64,000 nt of DNA from Camelus ferus (taxonomy: Eukaryota): positions 59,894,001 to 59,958,000 of the forward strand of contig NC_045697.1 of the NCBI RefSeq assembly GCF_009834535.1, written 5' to 3'. The notes under the pieces are model-generated. The model was not told where the DNA came from. It ran no database searches and was given only the letters and a program-made list of their open reading frames with translations. Shown here piece by piece: positions 1 through 13,529 of the stretch. The position numbers were made by a program, and so were the translations under genes. The first letter of the stretch is position 1. Every line of letters begins with the position of its first letter.

Positions 1-1367
1 TTGCCTTTCCTATATTTAAGTAGTCATTCTTACTCATTACCTCAAGAAAAGAATATGAGAGAAAAAAGTGAGTCACTTTTGAAACTTTAATTTTCAAAAG
101 TCTATACCCAAAAGGGAATAAAGAGGATATAAAATTTGGGGGAAAAAAATTAAGAGCAAGGATGCTGTGACTCCTGGCAAGGAACTCCCTCCCCGTGCTT
201 CTTCCCCATAACCTAGAGGGAAATAGGATTCCCTGAGCAGAAACAAAGTAGAGTGAAGCAAGTGGTACTGAATGTTAGAGAAAGGGGCTCTGTGCTCTTT
301 TCTTTGGCCAAATCCCAGGTAAATTTTTGATATTCAAGCATAAAAGAAACCTGTTTCTCATTTCCTGTGAAGAGCCCTTGGGAGATGGTAGGAATGCAGA
401 GACCAGAAAAGAATGTGTAATGTCTCTCACCATATAAGACCTAAAAAGATTCAGAGACTATCCCAAAACTTGGTCTGGAGAACTCTTTAAAATAGTCATT
501 TGTACACAAGTAATAAGAACCAACAAAAACAATGGTCATCTTAGGAGATGCTAGCATATACACTATCAATTGGACAATTATCTAGTGAACCTCTATTAGG
601 TGCCAAATCTTTATAGACAATGAGGCACAGCAGCAGTGATCAATGCACTTGAAATCCCTGCCTTTGCAGAAATTACATTCTGTTGACAGCTGGGTGGCAT
701 TAAGAACCAGATATTCATATGCAACTCCTCAGCACATTGAAAAGCTTCCAGAACTTGAATTGAACTCTCAGGGAAATGACAGTCTATGTAAGTGAACACA
801 AAGAATGGACTATGATGAAAATATTGACAATTAAATTGTTACAGAAAATCAAGTAAAATTTTAATTCATTAAATACCTGGGTTTCTGGAGTGGGTATTGT
901 ATCTTCTGATTATATGCACTGTTGCACTAGAGAATGTTTAAAACACTTTTATTACACATTATTTTATGTTACTGTTGTTGTCGTGATCATTTCTTGAGCA
1001 CATTCAACACAGTGCACAAGATCCCAAAAATTCTCCCGAAATTAATGAACTTCTTTAACTCTTTTAAAAAATTATGAACACTAAAATATTCATTTGTATT
1101 CAATCAAAGTGAAGAGACACAGCATTGGTTCTTCAGGATCGCCCAAACCCATAAGTATTAAGTATGGTTAGCATTAAGGCACAGTACAGTGTAACAGATT
1201 CTTCCTCTATACAGATTTAGAGAAGCATAATTTTATACTTTAAACATAATTCATGTTCTGGAAAATATTTCTAATTTGGTGAGATCACATTTTATTTTCA
1301 CCATATAACTGATGTTAGTGACACTCTTTATCAAGAGTCTTATGTAATATAAAAATGACAAATTACT

Positions 1368-3880
1368 TCTTTTAACTGAGATATAATTCATGTAACATAA
1401 AATTCCCTATTTTAAGGTATACAGTTAACTGATTTTTAGTATGTATGGCAGACTGTACAACCATCACCTTTGTCTAATTCCAGAATATTTTATTACCACT
1501 GCAAAAAACAATAACAATAACAAGAACTCTGTATCAGGTAGTAGTCACTCCCGTTTCTGCCCTACCCCCAACCCCAGGAAACAACTAATTTACATTCTCT
1601 CTTGAACAGTTTGTCTACTCTGGATATTTTATATAAACTGAAACATTCAATATGTGGGCCTTTGTGACTAGCCCCTTTCACTTAGGATCTAGGTTCATCC
1701 ATGTCATGGCATGTATTAGTATTTCATTTCTTTTTATTGCATTGAATGAATTTATTCCATTGTGTTGATATGATGATTTATTTATCTATCCATCAGTTGA
1801 TGAGCACTTGCATTGTTTCCATTTTTGAGCAATTATAAATAATGCTGTTGTAAACCTCCATCTACAAGTTTTTATGTGGATATGTCTTGGGTACAGAGCT
1901 TAGAAAAGAATCTCTGGGTTATAGGACAACTGCATGTTTAACTTTTTGAGGAACAGCCAGACTGTTTTCCACAGAAGCCCGAACACTTTACATTCTTATC
2001 AGCAATAGGTCAGAATTTCAATTTTTCCACATATTCAGCAACACATGTTATTTTTTATTCATTTGAATATAGCCATCCTAGTGGGTATAAAATGGTATCT
2101 CACTGTAATTTTGATTTACATTTTGCTAATGGTGTTAGGTATCTTTTCATGTGTTTATTGACCATTTGCATATCTTTTTTGTAGAAATATCTAGCTAAAT
2201 CCTGTCTATTTGTAAGTGGGTAATTTACCTGTTTATTGCTGAGATATAAGACGTGTCTATATATTCTAAATAGTAGGCCCTTATCGGATATAGATTTGTC
2301 TTTTCACTTTCTTGATAATGTGCTTTGATGCACAAAAGCTTCTAATTTCAGTGAAGTCCAATTTATCTATTTTTATGTTGTTGCTTATGCTGTTGTTGTC
2401 ACATTCAAGATTACAAAGATTGACAAGTATATTTTCTCTGGAGGGCTTTATAGTTTTAGCAATAATTTGCAGGATTTTGGTCAATTTTTAGTTAATGTTT
2501 GTATATAATGTGAGGTAGGGATTCAAATTCATTCTATAGCATGTTGATATCCAGATGTTCTAGAACCATTTGTTGAAAAGACTATGCTACCTTCATTCAA
2601 TGCTTTTGGCACCTTTGTCAAAATCAATTGACCACAAGTTTATTTCTGGAATCTCAATTCTATTTCATTGTTTTTTTGGTCTATCTTTATGCCAGTACCA
2701 TGCTGTCTTAATTACTCTAGTTTTGTAGTTTAGTTTTGAAATTGGGAAGTACAAATCCTCCAACTTTGTTCTTTTGCAAAATTGTTTTTGGGGGCCTGGG
2801 TTTCTTGAGTATTCAGGATCAGCTTTTCTATTTCTGGGGGAAAAAAAAGTAGTTGGAATTTTGATAAGTATTACATTAAATCTGTAGATCAATTTTTAGA
2901 GTATAGCTGTCTTAATAGTATTATGCCTTTCAATCCATAATCAAGGGATTTTTTTCTTTTTTTGGTGGTATTTATTTTATTTCAACAATGTTTTTAGTTT
3001 TCACCATGCAAGTATTGCACTCCTTGTGTCAAATTTATTCCTGAGAATTTTATTCTTCTTAATGCTATGTAAATGGAATTTTCTTAGTCTCATTTTCAGA
3101 TTGTTTATTGCTAGTGTATCAAAATGTAACTTATTTTTTAATATTGAGCTTGTGCCCTGCAACTTTGCTAACCTTGTTTGTTAGTTCTAATGGATATTTG
3201 TGGAGTTGAGAAAGTTCCTATATATAAGATCATGCCACCTCCAAGTAGACATAATTTTACTTCTTCCTTTATAATCTAGGTACCCTTATTTCTTTCTTCG
3301 TGCCTATCTGTCCTGCTTAGAACCTATAGTACATTGTTGAAAAGAGATGACAGAATACTGAGCCTTATTCCTGATTTCAGGGGAAAGCTTTCATTCTTAC
3401 TCCAGTAAGTATGACTTAGGTTTTGAGGAAATTCCCTTCCAGTTTTTTGGTGTTTTTATCATGAAAGGACATTGAATTTTGTCATTTTTTAAAATCTATA
3501 TCTATTGAAGTGTTCATGATTTTTTTCTAATATGGTGTATTTTAGTGACTCATTTTCTCATACCAAATAACCTTGCATTCCTTGGTTAAATCCCACCTAG
3601 TCAAGGTGTGTAATCCTTTTTACGTGCTGTAGGATTTGTATTGATGATTTGTATTGATTTTCTGGGGATTTTTGCTCTTATATTAAGAAAGGATATTGTT
3701 CTGCAATTTCTTTTCTTTTAATGTGTTTGTCTAATTTTGGCCTTATGGTAATTCTGACTTTTGGAAAGAATTTGGATGTGTTCTCTCCTCTTTTATTTTT
3801 TGGAAGACTGTAAAAAAGATTAAGATAATTCTTCATTAAATATTTGGTAGAATTCGCCAGTAAATTTATCTGTCCTAATT
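1368..3880 (-). mobile_element. Old LINE-1 (L1MB-like) 3' UTR plus 3' part of ORF2, degenerate
   Basis: Typical antisense L1M 3' end (ttttaactgagatataattcatgtaacataaaattc...). ORF 2665-2892(-) reads IYRFNVILIKIPTTFF...KTAWYWHKDR, matching L1 ORF2 C-terminal region. Many stops and frameshifts. Confidence 0.92.
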
Positions 3881-3889
3881 TTTTAAAAA

Positions 3890-4790
3890 AGTGTATACAT
3901 TAAGATTTACTGTTTGTGCTATAAATTTCTGAGTTTTCACAAATGTGGAGTGTGATATATCCACCACTTAAATATTAAACAGGATAGTTATATTGTCCTA
4001 AAAAATCCCTTTTCTTCAGTTGTTTCACCCGCTTCCCTCACTCTTCCCAACCCAGAACACCTAGTAACCACTCATATGTTTACTATTTCTATAGCTATAC
4101 TTTTTGTAAAATTTCATATAAACAGTATGTTACCTTTTCAGACTAGCTTCTTTTACTTAGCAATATGCATTTAAATTGCATCCAGGTTTTGGTGTAACTT
4201 TATAGCTCATTTGTTTCTGTCACTGAATAGCATTTAATTTTATGGATGCATCACAATTTGTTTATCCATTCACTTTGAAGGACATCTGGTTCCTTACACT
4301 TTTTGATGATTTTGAATAAAATTGCTATATTTACTCATGTTAAAGTTTTTTTGTGGAATCAATTTTTAAGTAAGTTTGATAAATATCCAACAGAATAATT
4401 GCTTAATCCTATGGCAAAATTATGTTTAGCTCTGTAAGAATATTTTGTACTAAAGTGGATGTACCAGGCTTAATTCCCACTATTAGTGAGAGTTCCTATT
4501 GCTCCACGTTCTCACTAACAATTTATATTGTTTGATTTTTGTTGTTGTTTGTCCTTGTTGTGATTTGGTTTTTAGCCATTCTAATGTGTATGTAGTAGTA
4601 TCTCATTATGTTTTAGTTTGCATTTCCCCAGTCACAAATGATGTTGAATCTTTTTTATATGTTTATTTGCCATTTTTATATGTTCATTGCCATTTTTATA
4701 TTGAGGTCTTTTGCCCATTTCAATTTTTCTCCTGCATTCTTTTTTTGAAATTTAAGAGTTCTTGTATATTTTGGATATATTCTCTGATTT
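3890..4790 (-). mobile_element. Old LINE-1 (L1MC-like) 3' end
   Basis: Second antisense L1M 3' UTR (ccttttcagactagcttcttttacttagcaatatgcatttaa; tttatccattcac...gaaggacatctgg) running into ORF2 tail. Confidence 0.85.
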
Positions 4791-4799
4791 TATTCTTTG

Positions 4800-5267
4800 T
4801 TCTGAAAAGATATAAAACTGTGGTTCAGGCATCCAAAATGGTGACAGGTGGCCATTTTAAAGAGGGCTTCAGACACAAATCTGCGTCACTGAGAACCTGA
4901 TTTTCTAAACTGTATCAAACTCAATGACCGCTAACCATTTTCAGAACAATATCTGCTAGCAGCTGCCAGTTGCAACCTTATGGTCTCAAGGTCTCCTCCT
5001 TTAACTGTGCAACCATTTTGGATCCCAACAAATCCTTGCTTAACAAGCATTCTTACTTCTTGCTGGCTCCAATCCAAATTCTTGACAAAACAACTCATGT
5101 AACTTTGTAGGTTTTGCTTATATAAGCCTCCCCCATTTTGCAGTCCAGCAGGATACAATTTGAGTGCTTCCTGAATCTGTGTCTCCCAGGCTATGGTCTC
5201 AGTTTGGCTTGAATAAAACTCTTTTCTAGTCCTAATGCAGATTGCTTATTGATTATTTGCATGGGCA
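4800..5267 (+). mobile_element. Solo LTR, ERV1 class (MER90-like, tentative)
   Basis: About 470 bp with LTR layout: TATA-like ttatataagcc (~5118), aataaa (~5212), short U5. Abruptly terminates the L1MC sequence. Confidence 0.7.
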
Positions 5268-6024
5268 ATATACAATGGTTTCCTCTGTATAGATGTGATT
5301 TCCAGCAAAACAATCTAGCGCATCTTCTTATATTAAAATTCATATTATTAGGGTGAAAAAATAATAGAAAAATACCCCGAATTCCTGAATGTTTAAAAAC
5401 ATTGTTCTAAACACTATCTTTCTAATAATTAACAAGGTTATTAATAAACAGTTATTCCTCAAGTCTATGCTGTTTTGCAAATCCTGAACCTTAATATTTA
5501 AGAATATCTTGAACCAATCATACCTAAATTATTTTAGAATTTTTAATTTGCATAGTGGTCTCCTAGATAAGCCAGGGACAATCAAAAGGCTGTAACTCAA
5601 TACAAAGAAGCCTTAAAGATCACAAAAAATACACAATTGAGTCAAATATCTGCACTATAGTAAATAAATATTTGGCAAAAAATTAATTGAATCAGTTTGA
5701 TGAGGATGCTAGTTCTTAATTAAGCAAGTAGTTTATCTACGTGAAAGTCTTCATTAAAACATGTAAAAACACACATATTTGTGCTGAAAGACTGTGAGTT
5801 AATCTAACATAATATCTTCATTTTAGATATTTAGACATACAGAATTTGAGAATTAAATAATTTCAATGATTTGGTCTATGTTGAAAGTTAAAGAATTAAT
5901 TGCATAAATGGTAGTGGATTTATAATCTCCTCCTAGTCATTTTTTCCTCAGAAATATGACTTCACAACTCAAATATTCTTACTAGCCTGTACTTTCAGGC
6001 TAATAAGAAAGAAAGTGTACTTAC

Positions 6025-6066
6025 CCAACAAGTAATCACATTGCTTTGTTTGCTATAGGTGGTATT
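6025..6066 (-). other. PTPRD: 42-nt spliced exon, probably a 5' UTR exon of a giant gene (PTPRD candidate)
   Basis: Minus strand: branch-like ttttaac, ctttcattttttAG | aataccacctatagcaaacaaagcaatgtgattacttgttgg | GTAAGT. Non-repetitive context. Gene name rests on my recollection that the human PTPRD 5' UTR has a 42-nt exon; not aligned. Confidence 0.55.
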
Positions 6067-6174
6067 CTAAAAAATGAAAGTGGAGTGTTTTTCTTCAGTT
6101 AAAACAAAAACAAAAACTTTTTTTCTTCTTAAAGGATGAAATCTAATAAAAATTGAAGGAGCATAAGACCAACT

Positions 6175-6425
6175 GCTGAGTGGTGTGCAGGTTATGAGCA
6201 TAGATTCTAGCATCAGAAATATTTTTAAAAAAATATTAAGCTGCCATAATAGCTCTGAGAATATGCTTATAACTTAATCACAGTAAGCCTCAATGTTCTC
6301 ATCTGTAAAATGTACTTAATATAATTATTTTTATGTACACTTTTATGAGTATATAGTGAGACACTGCATACATATGACTGTATACAGAATCTAGAGCATA
6401 GTTAATGCTTTAAGAAAATGTTGCT
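6175..6425 (+). mobile_element. MIR SINE
   Basis: MIR core gcctcaatgttctcatctgtaaaatg and MIR-type 3' tail. Confidence 0.75.
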
Positions 6426-6819
6426 TCTTAATCTGATTTAAGTTAAACAATCTTTTTATACCTTACATAGTGGAAAAAACTAAAAAAACTCATTCCTGAT
6501 GGTATGCATGTGTGTGGGTGTGTACATAAAAGAAGAGGTCAAGAATAATTTTCAGTGCTAACCTACCCATCATAGTAAGACAGTAGACTGAAGCACTGAA
6601 GTTTACAGAGGAGACAGATTTTTGGACAGATTGCTAGAAAGTAGAAGAGATAGAGATAACTTTTAGATGAAAAATAATAAATTCTATATATAGCTTGGAA
6701 ACCTATGTATGATAGAGTATTTCCATAGACAGAGAAGCCATGTAATTTTATAGGGACATAAAAAGGAAGCTTGAATTAAATTTTTAGCTGATCAATCTTT
6801 ATTTTATTTATCCATTAAT

Positions 6820-7030
6820 ATAGGTGAAGATTTTATTTATCTACTAAATATGTGTGTGGGGATCTATTGTGTACGAGTTATGAGGAAGAAGTCTGCTGTA
6901 CGTACAGCAATGCAGATATAGTCCCTGCCCTCAAGATCTTTTCAATTGATGAAAGAACTCATTAAACAAGTACAATAATAGAAATACCCTAAAATTTACA
7001 GAGGGAAGTGTTTTCAAGCTCTATAACAGA
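6820..7030 (-). mobile_element. L2 3' fragment
   Basis: Degenerate L2 end (atctactaaatatg...ctattgtgtac...atagtccctgccctcaag). Confidence 0.55.
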
Positions 7031-8119
7031 CACACCCAATAATCTTTAAACACTATTTCCTGTCTCACATATATACACACATATATATTTATATCAGCAA
7101 GCTTATACTTTTTCTGTCAATTTTGAAAATATTTTTAGCAAGATGCCCTATTAAAGATTTAACATCTGGTGTCTCTGTTGTTTGAATTTTTTCACTATTA
7201 TAGCAAGCAAGTAGCAAGAAAGTTACTCTGGTCATATTTGGGAAGGCAAAAGAGAAGTGATGCTGTTTTAAGTTTAGAGGTCAATCTCCTGACTGGAAAC
7301 ATAAAAATAGTTTTGGGTAAAAGATTAATGCAGAAACCACAAGGACAGAGCATCCCTGGGACCACCAGCATCTTGTAGACCTGTACATGGGATTAAATGA
7401 CCTAAAAAGCACAGAAAGATGTGAACAGGAAAGGGACGCTGTGGGCAGAGTTTATCAGAGGAATCAGGTAAATAAAGAGACTCAACAGATCTGTACAACC
7501 CCGTAGGTCAACTCCTCTGAGCTTCAGTAGTGAGATAATGCAGCCTTGAGAAGCAATAATGGAGTCCACTGAGCAGACTTCAGAGAATCCCCATTTGGGT
7601 TCACAAGAGTGGCTTAATTTTCAGCACTTCATACATTTCCACAATTTGAGGAAATCTAAGGGGAAGGCCAAATGCAAAGAGAGTGATAGTAGAATTTCTG
7701 CTCTATTGGCCCATTAGAGGCAGCTTCAATTTGAACATCTAAAAAAAAAAAGTATATGTGCATTTACTGTGCAGACCATCTATAATGATATATTTTTCTC
7801 AAAGTGTTTTACCAAAAGTTCACCTTATTCAAATATCCACAATTTGTGGACTTAGATATCCAAAAAGAAATATCTCTATTTATTACAAACCATTTCAAAA
7901 TGAACTCAGAAGCCTCAGTCCTCAGAAAGTGGCTAAGCCATTAGACACAAAAGACGAATCCTTGAAAGAATGTCTTCCTTTAATCGTATATATTTACACT
8001 TTTCTGCTACTTGCTTTCAAAAAGAGAAAAAGTGACATCATAAATAATTTACTATTTTTTGAGCCAGTACAGTCCTTAGAAGATTATCTGATACAATCAA
8101 AATTGCTTGCTTTATTCTG

Positions 8120-8335
8120 TCTGATAAACAAATATTTATTGAGCTTCTGCAAGATTCTGAGCACCCTGCAATAGAAATATAGAAAAAAAATTTAGCTCTA
8201 AAAATATTTTATTATCCCATTTCATAGGCAAAGAAACTGAGGCTTGGATAAATTAAGGAACTTAAAGTTTGAGAGATTATAAATGAGTAGAGACTACAAC
8301 TCAGGTCTTATTCCTAGTGTTGTGTGATTGTCAAT
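8120..8335 (-). mobile_element. L2 tail followed by MIR core
   Basis: aaacaaatatttattgagcttctgc (L2 end); attatcccatttcataggcaaagaaactgaggctt (MIR core). Confidence 0.65.
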
Positions 8336-11169
8336 ACACTAATCTGCTTTGCAAACATAGTCTTAAAGTAACTTTACTATTTCACTTGGTGATTTTGATA
8401 TTGCCTAGTACTGTTTATTGATTATACTGAATTAATTCCTGTGTATGAAAGGATAATGTTGTCTTGCTAACTTTTTAAAACTTCTCTTAAAGTCAACAGA
8501 AAAGAACAATGTGCATATGTATACATCATATATATGTATCTATTTGTGTGTATACATACACACATTCCAACATATATATCTACATATCCTATGATATGAC
8601 AGAGAGAAATTTCAGGGGGGTATACAAAGACCTTCTTACACTACTGTGGGTGATAAATAGTAGAAATACTATCAAACCACAGGTATACAGGAGCATTTTA
8701 CCACAAACAACTACCAAATGGGACAGAAGAATTGTTATGGATGCTGAGAAAGTAGCAACACTAATAAATATTGTACATTAAACCTCTAAAAGATAATGAA
8801 GCTAGACATTGCCTGTTACTCTCTTCAGGCAAGATTCAAGTTGGAAGCAACACCTTATCATTTAAATGCCTTGTGCTGTACACTCTAAACCATAGGCAAT
8901 ATCCAACAGTGAGATCATTTTTAGGCAATAAAAATCATCTGAATAAAATTACTTAAGCAAGTGAGCATCTGTGCCTTTATCTAAATGACCAAATGCTAGA
9001 AATTGAGGAGAGGAGCCAAGATGCTTTTTCTTAAAAGGAGGCAAAACACGGACCAAAAAATACAACATAGTATTTAAACACAGAAAACTGGCTTATTGCT
9101 TTTTATGTTCCTTGAAAGGTTTTTTCCCAGCTAATCTGTATCTTTGTCTTTTGCTTCTGAAATAATTTGTAAAGTTATTTTTATCTTAGTAAAATAATTT
9201 CCAAATATTATGCAAGAAAACTGTGTTTAATCATGTTTTCTGTAAACATGTGCTTTTTTCCTTTATAAAATCTTTGTACATATACTCTTGACTTTCATAC
9301 TCAAAAGGTATACACATATTTTAGGGTACATACTATTTTACTTAATAGTGTTTAACTTCAATTTATTTTTCTCAGAAAATATTCTCACAGTATCTGAAAA
9401 AAATACTTTTTACTTATTAGTGATACCTAAACCTGATTTTTTTTGCATCCTTTTGTAGGTAAATGATATTAAACTAAGATTATTCATAAACTAAGCTTGT
9501 GTCTAAAGAAAAGGACAGAGGACACACAACCTAAAAATAGTAGACATTGTTATATCCTAAGGTAGACCACAAGATTATACAATGATAGACATTTTTGGTA
9601 CCTTGAACTTCAATTTAATACCTCATGATATAGGGCAAAAAGTAGAGAAGTCTAAGGTCAAAATTCAAGATACAACATTTCATTAAAATAGTTGGAAAAT
9701 TTTTTTTAAAAATTAAAAGAAACACTTCAGTTTGTTCTTATTAGCTAACTTGCTGGGATGTGTTACATGTAAATGAAGTAACCAAAAGTCAATGTAAAAC
9801 ATAGGTACTTTATTCTCAAATCATTATATACTACTTGAAGAAAGCACTTCTGAAAGACTTTTTTAAATTGCAGATGAACGTTTTTAACAAAGGAAATACA
9901 TCTTATGTGGAACCTGATTAGCAGGACAGAGGGTCAGAGCATGCCTGGACAATATTTAGAAATAGATTAGTCCAGAAAGAGAAGATGGTTGTTTCAAAGA
10001 TTCCAAGAAGTAAATAATTAATGGGAATTCAAGTGATGGGTGCTCAGCATGAAAAATTGTACCAGCTATTGAAAAGTAGAGCAAGAAATCTGTACAGACC
10101 ATGATTGTCCCCAGGAGGGTCCTGTTGAGTCCATGGACGAGCATTCTAGCTACTACATGGGGACTTTGGGACTCATATTCTGGATCAGGATTTTTAACTT
10201 TTGTGTCAAATATATTTGCTACCATTCTCACAACCAGTTCTCATAGAAATCATTGTTTTTGGTTGGCAGTCATGTTGTATGCTACATGGTTTTATTCCTG
10301 GGACTTACTAATTAGGCCTGATGCTACCTGGGACATGCCTTGGGCTCATGGGCTGGCAACTCATAGATGGGAAGTCACCTTGACGTAGCCTGCCTTGGAA
10401 AGGTAGGCCAAACAAGTTCCCTCTCTGATACTTAATTTAAGAGACCCCAAATGAGCAACACAGTTAATACAGATTGCAGGGTGTGCTGTAACTGCAAAGA
10501 GCTAAGAAGAACAGCCATTGTGTGTCTGCCTTTCATTTTCAGCCAAAACTACACAGAGAGTTCCTAGGAAGTGTACTTGTCTGAGTATATCTTTCTTCCC
10601 TTTAGGATTCACGATATGCGGGGAAGCATTGCTTCATTCTTTGTATTCAGTGTCCAAAGCTGGATGTTTTTAAGACTTAATGTTTTTAAGATCGTCAGGG
10701 CAATTTGAATATGTATTGACACCAATTAATTGTTAATTTTGTTAGGTATGATAGGCATTTTTTTTAACTGACAAACAATAATTTTAATATATTATCAGCT
10801 TAAATTCTTAAGGAAATACATACTCAAACCTTCCAATTCAAACAGACATGTTTCACCTATCCCTAAATCCTGGCACCAGGATAAGAAATTTGCTGTATTG
10901 TCTCTGGCAAAAAAGGAGCCTGAGGGTGCGCTGGCTTTGCATGGAAACTTCTTCAAGGGCAGATTCTTTGTGGCTTGTTAGCATCCATACTCTCTTTGAA
11001 TTTCTCCTGCATAGTTCCTGCAAGTTGAGAGAGCAAGACACCATTATCCAATTATGTGAGAAAATATCTATAGTTTTTAGAGTTGCGTAGGGGATAAAAT
11101 GATGTAATAGAAAGAAAGAAAGGAGAAAGGGAAAGAGAGAGACAGAGACAGAGAGAGACAAACGACAAA

Positions 11170-11345
11170 CAAATAAAGTATAGCAAAATATTGATAGTTG
11201 TTCAATTTAGGTGATGAGTATATGGATGATCATTGTATTATTGTATGTGTTTGAAAATATTTTATAAGATTTGGTGGGAAAAAATAAATAGCTAAAAAGA
11301 ACAAAAAAAAAAAAAAAAAAAAGAAGAAGAAGAAGAAGAGGAAGA
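11170..11345 (+). mobile_element. Old L1M 3' terminus with poly(A)/(GAA)n tail
   Basis: gcaaaatattgatagttgttcaatttaggtgatgagtatatggatgatcattgtattatt followed by a long A run and GAA repeats. Confidence 0.55.
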
Positions 11346-11898
11346 ATAGCCATGAGGTTCCATAAGGAATTCATAGTAAGAGAACACTTGTTTTCACATA
11401 TCCAGAGACACAATAAAGGAGACTATGTGGCTTTCAAAAGAGTAAGAGATTCACAGAGAAACTAGGCCATCCCTAGAAGACATAGATTGAAGCCTTATGT
11501 ATCTTAAAATTAATCTCCCTTTTGTCTTGAGGTAGTTGTAAAAACCTGTTTCTTTTATATAAAAATCCTAAATAGGACAAGAATTCATGATCCAGATACA
11601 CGGGGGCAAAAGGTAATATTATAAATGATGAGGCTCCTGGGGACAGAGCAGATAGGAGCCGAACACAAAGAGGCAGAGGTAGCAAGTCCCTGGGCTTCTA
11701 GGCAGTGACCTGCTCCTGGGGAACCCAGGCCAGGGGCAAGTCAAAATTCAGAATGGAGAGAGGGACAAGATTATTTTGATATAAATATCAGAATTATTAG
11801 AATGATTTACCTACCTTATAATCCTTGGCTTCCAAACTCTTGGAATTAAATACATGCTAAAAAATGGAGCTGAATCGACCATCAAGTTTTAAGTTGTA

Positions 11899-12069
11899 CA
11901 GGACTGGCTGCATAATTTGTGGGGGCCTAACTGAAAATGAAAATACAGAGCCCCTTTACCCAAAGCGTTAAGAATTTTAAGAGGGCAATAGCTCTGCACT
12001 GGACCGAGAAGGGGACCCTTCTTAAACAGGTTCCTGTGCAACTGCCTAGCACCCATGAAGATGACCTTG
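11899..12069. mobile_element. MER45A-like hAT (Tip100) non-autonomous DNA transposon
   Basis: caggactggctgcataatttgtggggcc...cccatgaagatgaccttg; degenerate 8-bp TSD aagttgta / agggtgta (6/8). Confidence 0.85.
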
Positions 12070-13529
12070 AGGGTGTAGGGCAATCATATTAGTTTACCTT
12101 GGATAAATCACTTAACTGGGATAGCACTCATTTATGCTCAGGCTTCTTACCTGAATATTTTAACTGTAATTATAAGTTGACTTTAAGTCTAGGAATACTT
12201 GGATGTTTTGCTTATAAGCTATCTCTTTTAAAACTCAAAAAGAGGCATAATATAATTAGGAGTAATATCCAGGATATTCTTATCATCGGGTTAAACATTC
12301 TATTCATCAGATTTCATAAAGTTCTCTTAAATTCAACTGGATAATGGCCTGAGATGGACTCAAAAAGAACACAATTAAAGTAAAATTTTGTTATTGAATT
12401 TGAAGGAAAAATAGGAATTTCTGTCAGACATGTATTGGCTATGGAAAATGTTCTAATTTGGTGAGTAAAAATAAAGCACTTACTGTTTAATTACTCTTGG
12501 TCTCAAAGTTAAGTTCAAAATTGCCATGTCTGGCTTAAATATCTGGGAATGAATTATCCTATAATTCCCCAAATCTAACTCTTAAATAAAACTTCATTTC
12601 TGTTTAGGAGATCTTCCAGGTCTATGTGAGTTTCAGGTCCCAGTATATTTTTTATTCTTTAGGTTCAAGTGGGATGTTACTGTACACTGTTTCATGACAA
12701 TTTGGAGAAAAAGATTTTTAGTTTGCAATTTCCATTGATTCTGCAGAACTGAATCATCATTTCCCAAGCCCTGGACTCTAAGGATGAAAACCATCTGAGT
12801 TAAGAAACTCAGCCTGAGGCAAAAGTCAATTGTCAACTCTATTGTGGAGCAGAATCTCTGGAAAGTTAAGGTAAGAAAAAAAGGGAGTAAGCCTGGGAAG
12901 GAGGGGAAAAAATACAAAGTGATACATTACTAGTTTCTTCAAAGCTTCACTAAACACACTAAACTGATTGCTGTTACCTGGAATATCTCCAAAAAGGAAG
13001 GGCAAGGGATTTAAGAATGTGCCATCTCCTATCTCTCATTAGTCAAATGTAACCTCAAGATAAAAGAATTCCTGCACATTTTCTAGTATTTGTACTCTTT
13101 AGGACAGCCACTGAGCATGCCTCAAACCAGGGTGCTTCATCTAGACCCAAGAATGGAGGGAAAGATAAGAGCTACACAGAGCTAAGAGCAAATCTAAGGT
13201 GAATAAGTAAAGTATGAATCTTCAAGGTCATGTCAGCTGCACACTCATTGTTTAGGAAAGAGGGATACATTTTTCTTTGTAGGCAAAGTCACCTTTTTAC
13301 CTGTAATCTAAGTGTAATATAATTGGTAGTAAATACATTTCATCATGAATTTACTTGGGTCAGTTTTAATTTTTTCATTTAACAAGATACTCTTGACCTT
13401 CTATTATGTGCACAGGATTATGGAAGGGATATAAAGATGAATAAGTCATAGGCCTTATTCCAAATTCTAATTAGTCCATCTTAGATTTGCTGCCAAAAGA
13501 TTCAGAGGTGCAAATTTATCCTCATTCAC

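Noticed and set aside
4499..4900. 133-aa ORF on + strand
   Set aside because: Antisense read-through of L1MC into an LTR; hydrophobic bias reflects T-rich L1 DNA.
5983..5999. 17-nt micro-exon-like segment with AG/GTAAGA and a 7-bp hairpin next to the 42-nt exon
   Set aside because: The intron from the 42-nt exon would be 25 nt, too short to splice; weak donor context.
7758..8174. Longest ORF (138 aa)
   Set aside because: Non-ATG start, no recognisable domain, runs into an L2 tail; consistent with chance.
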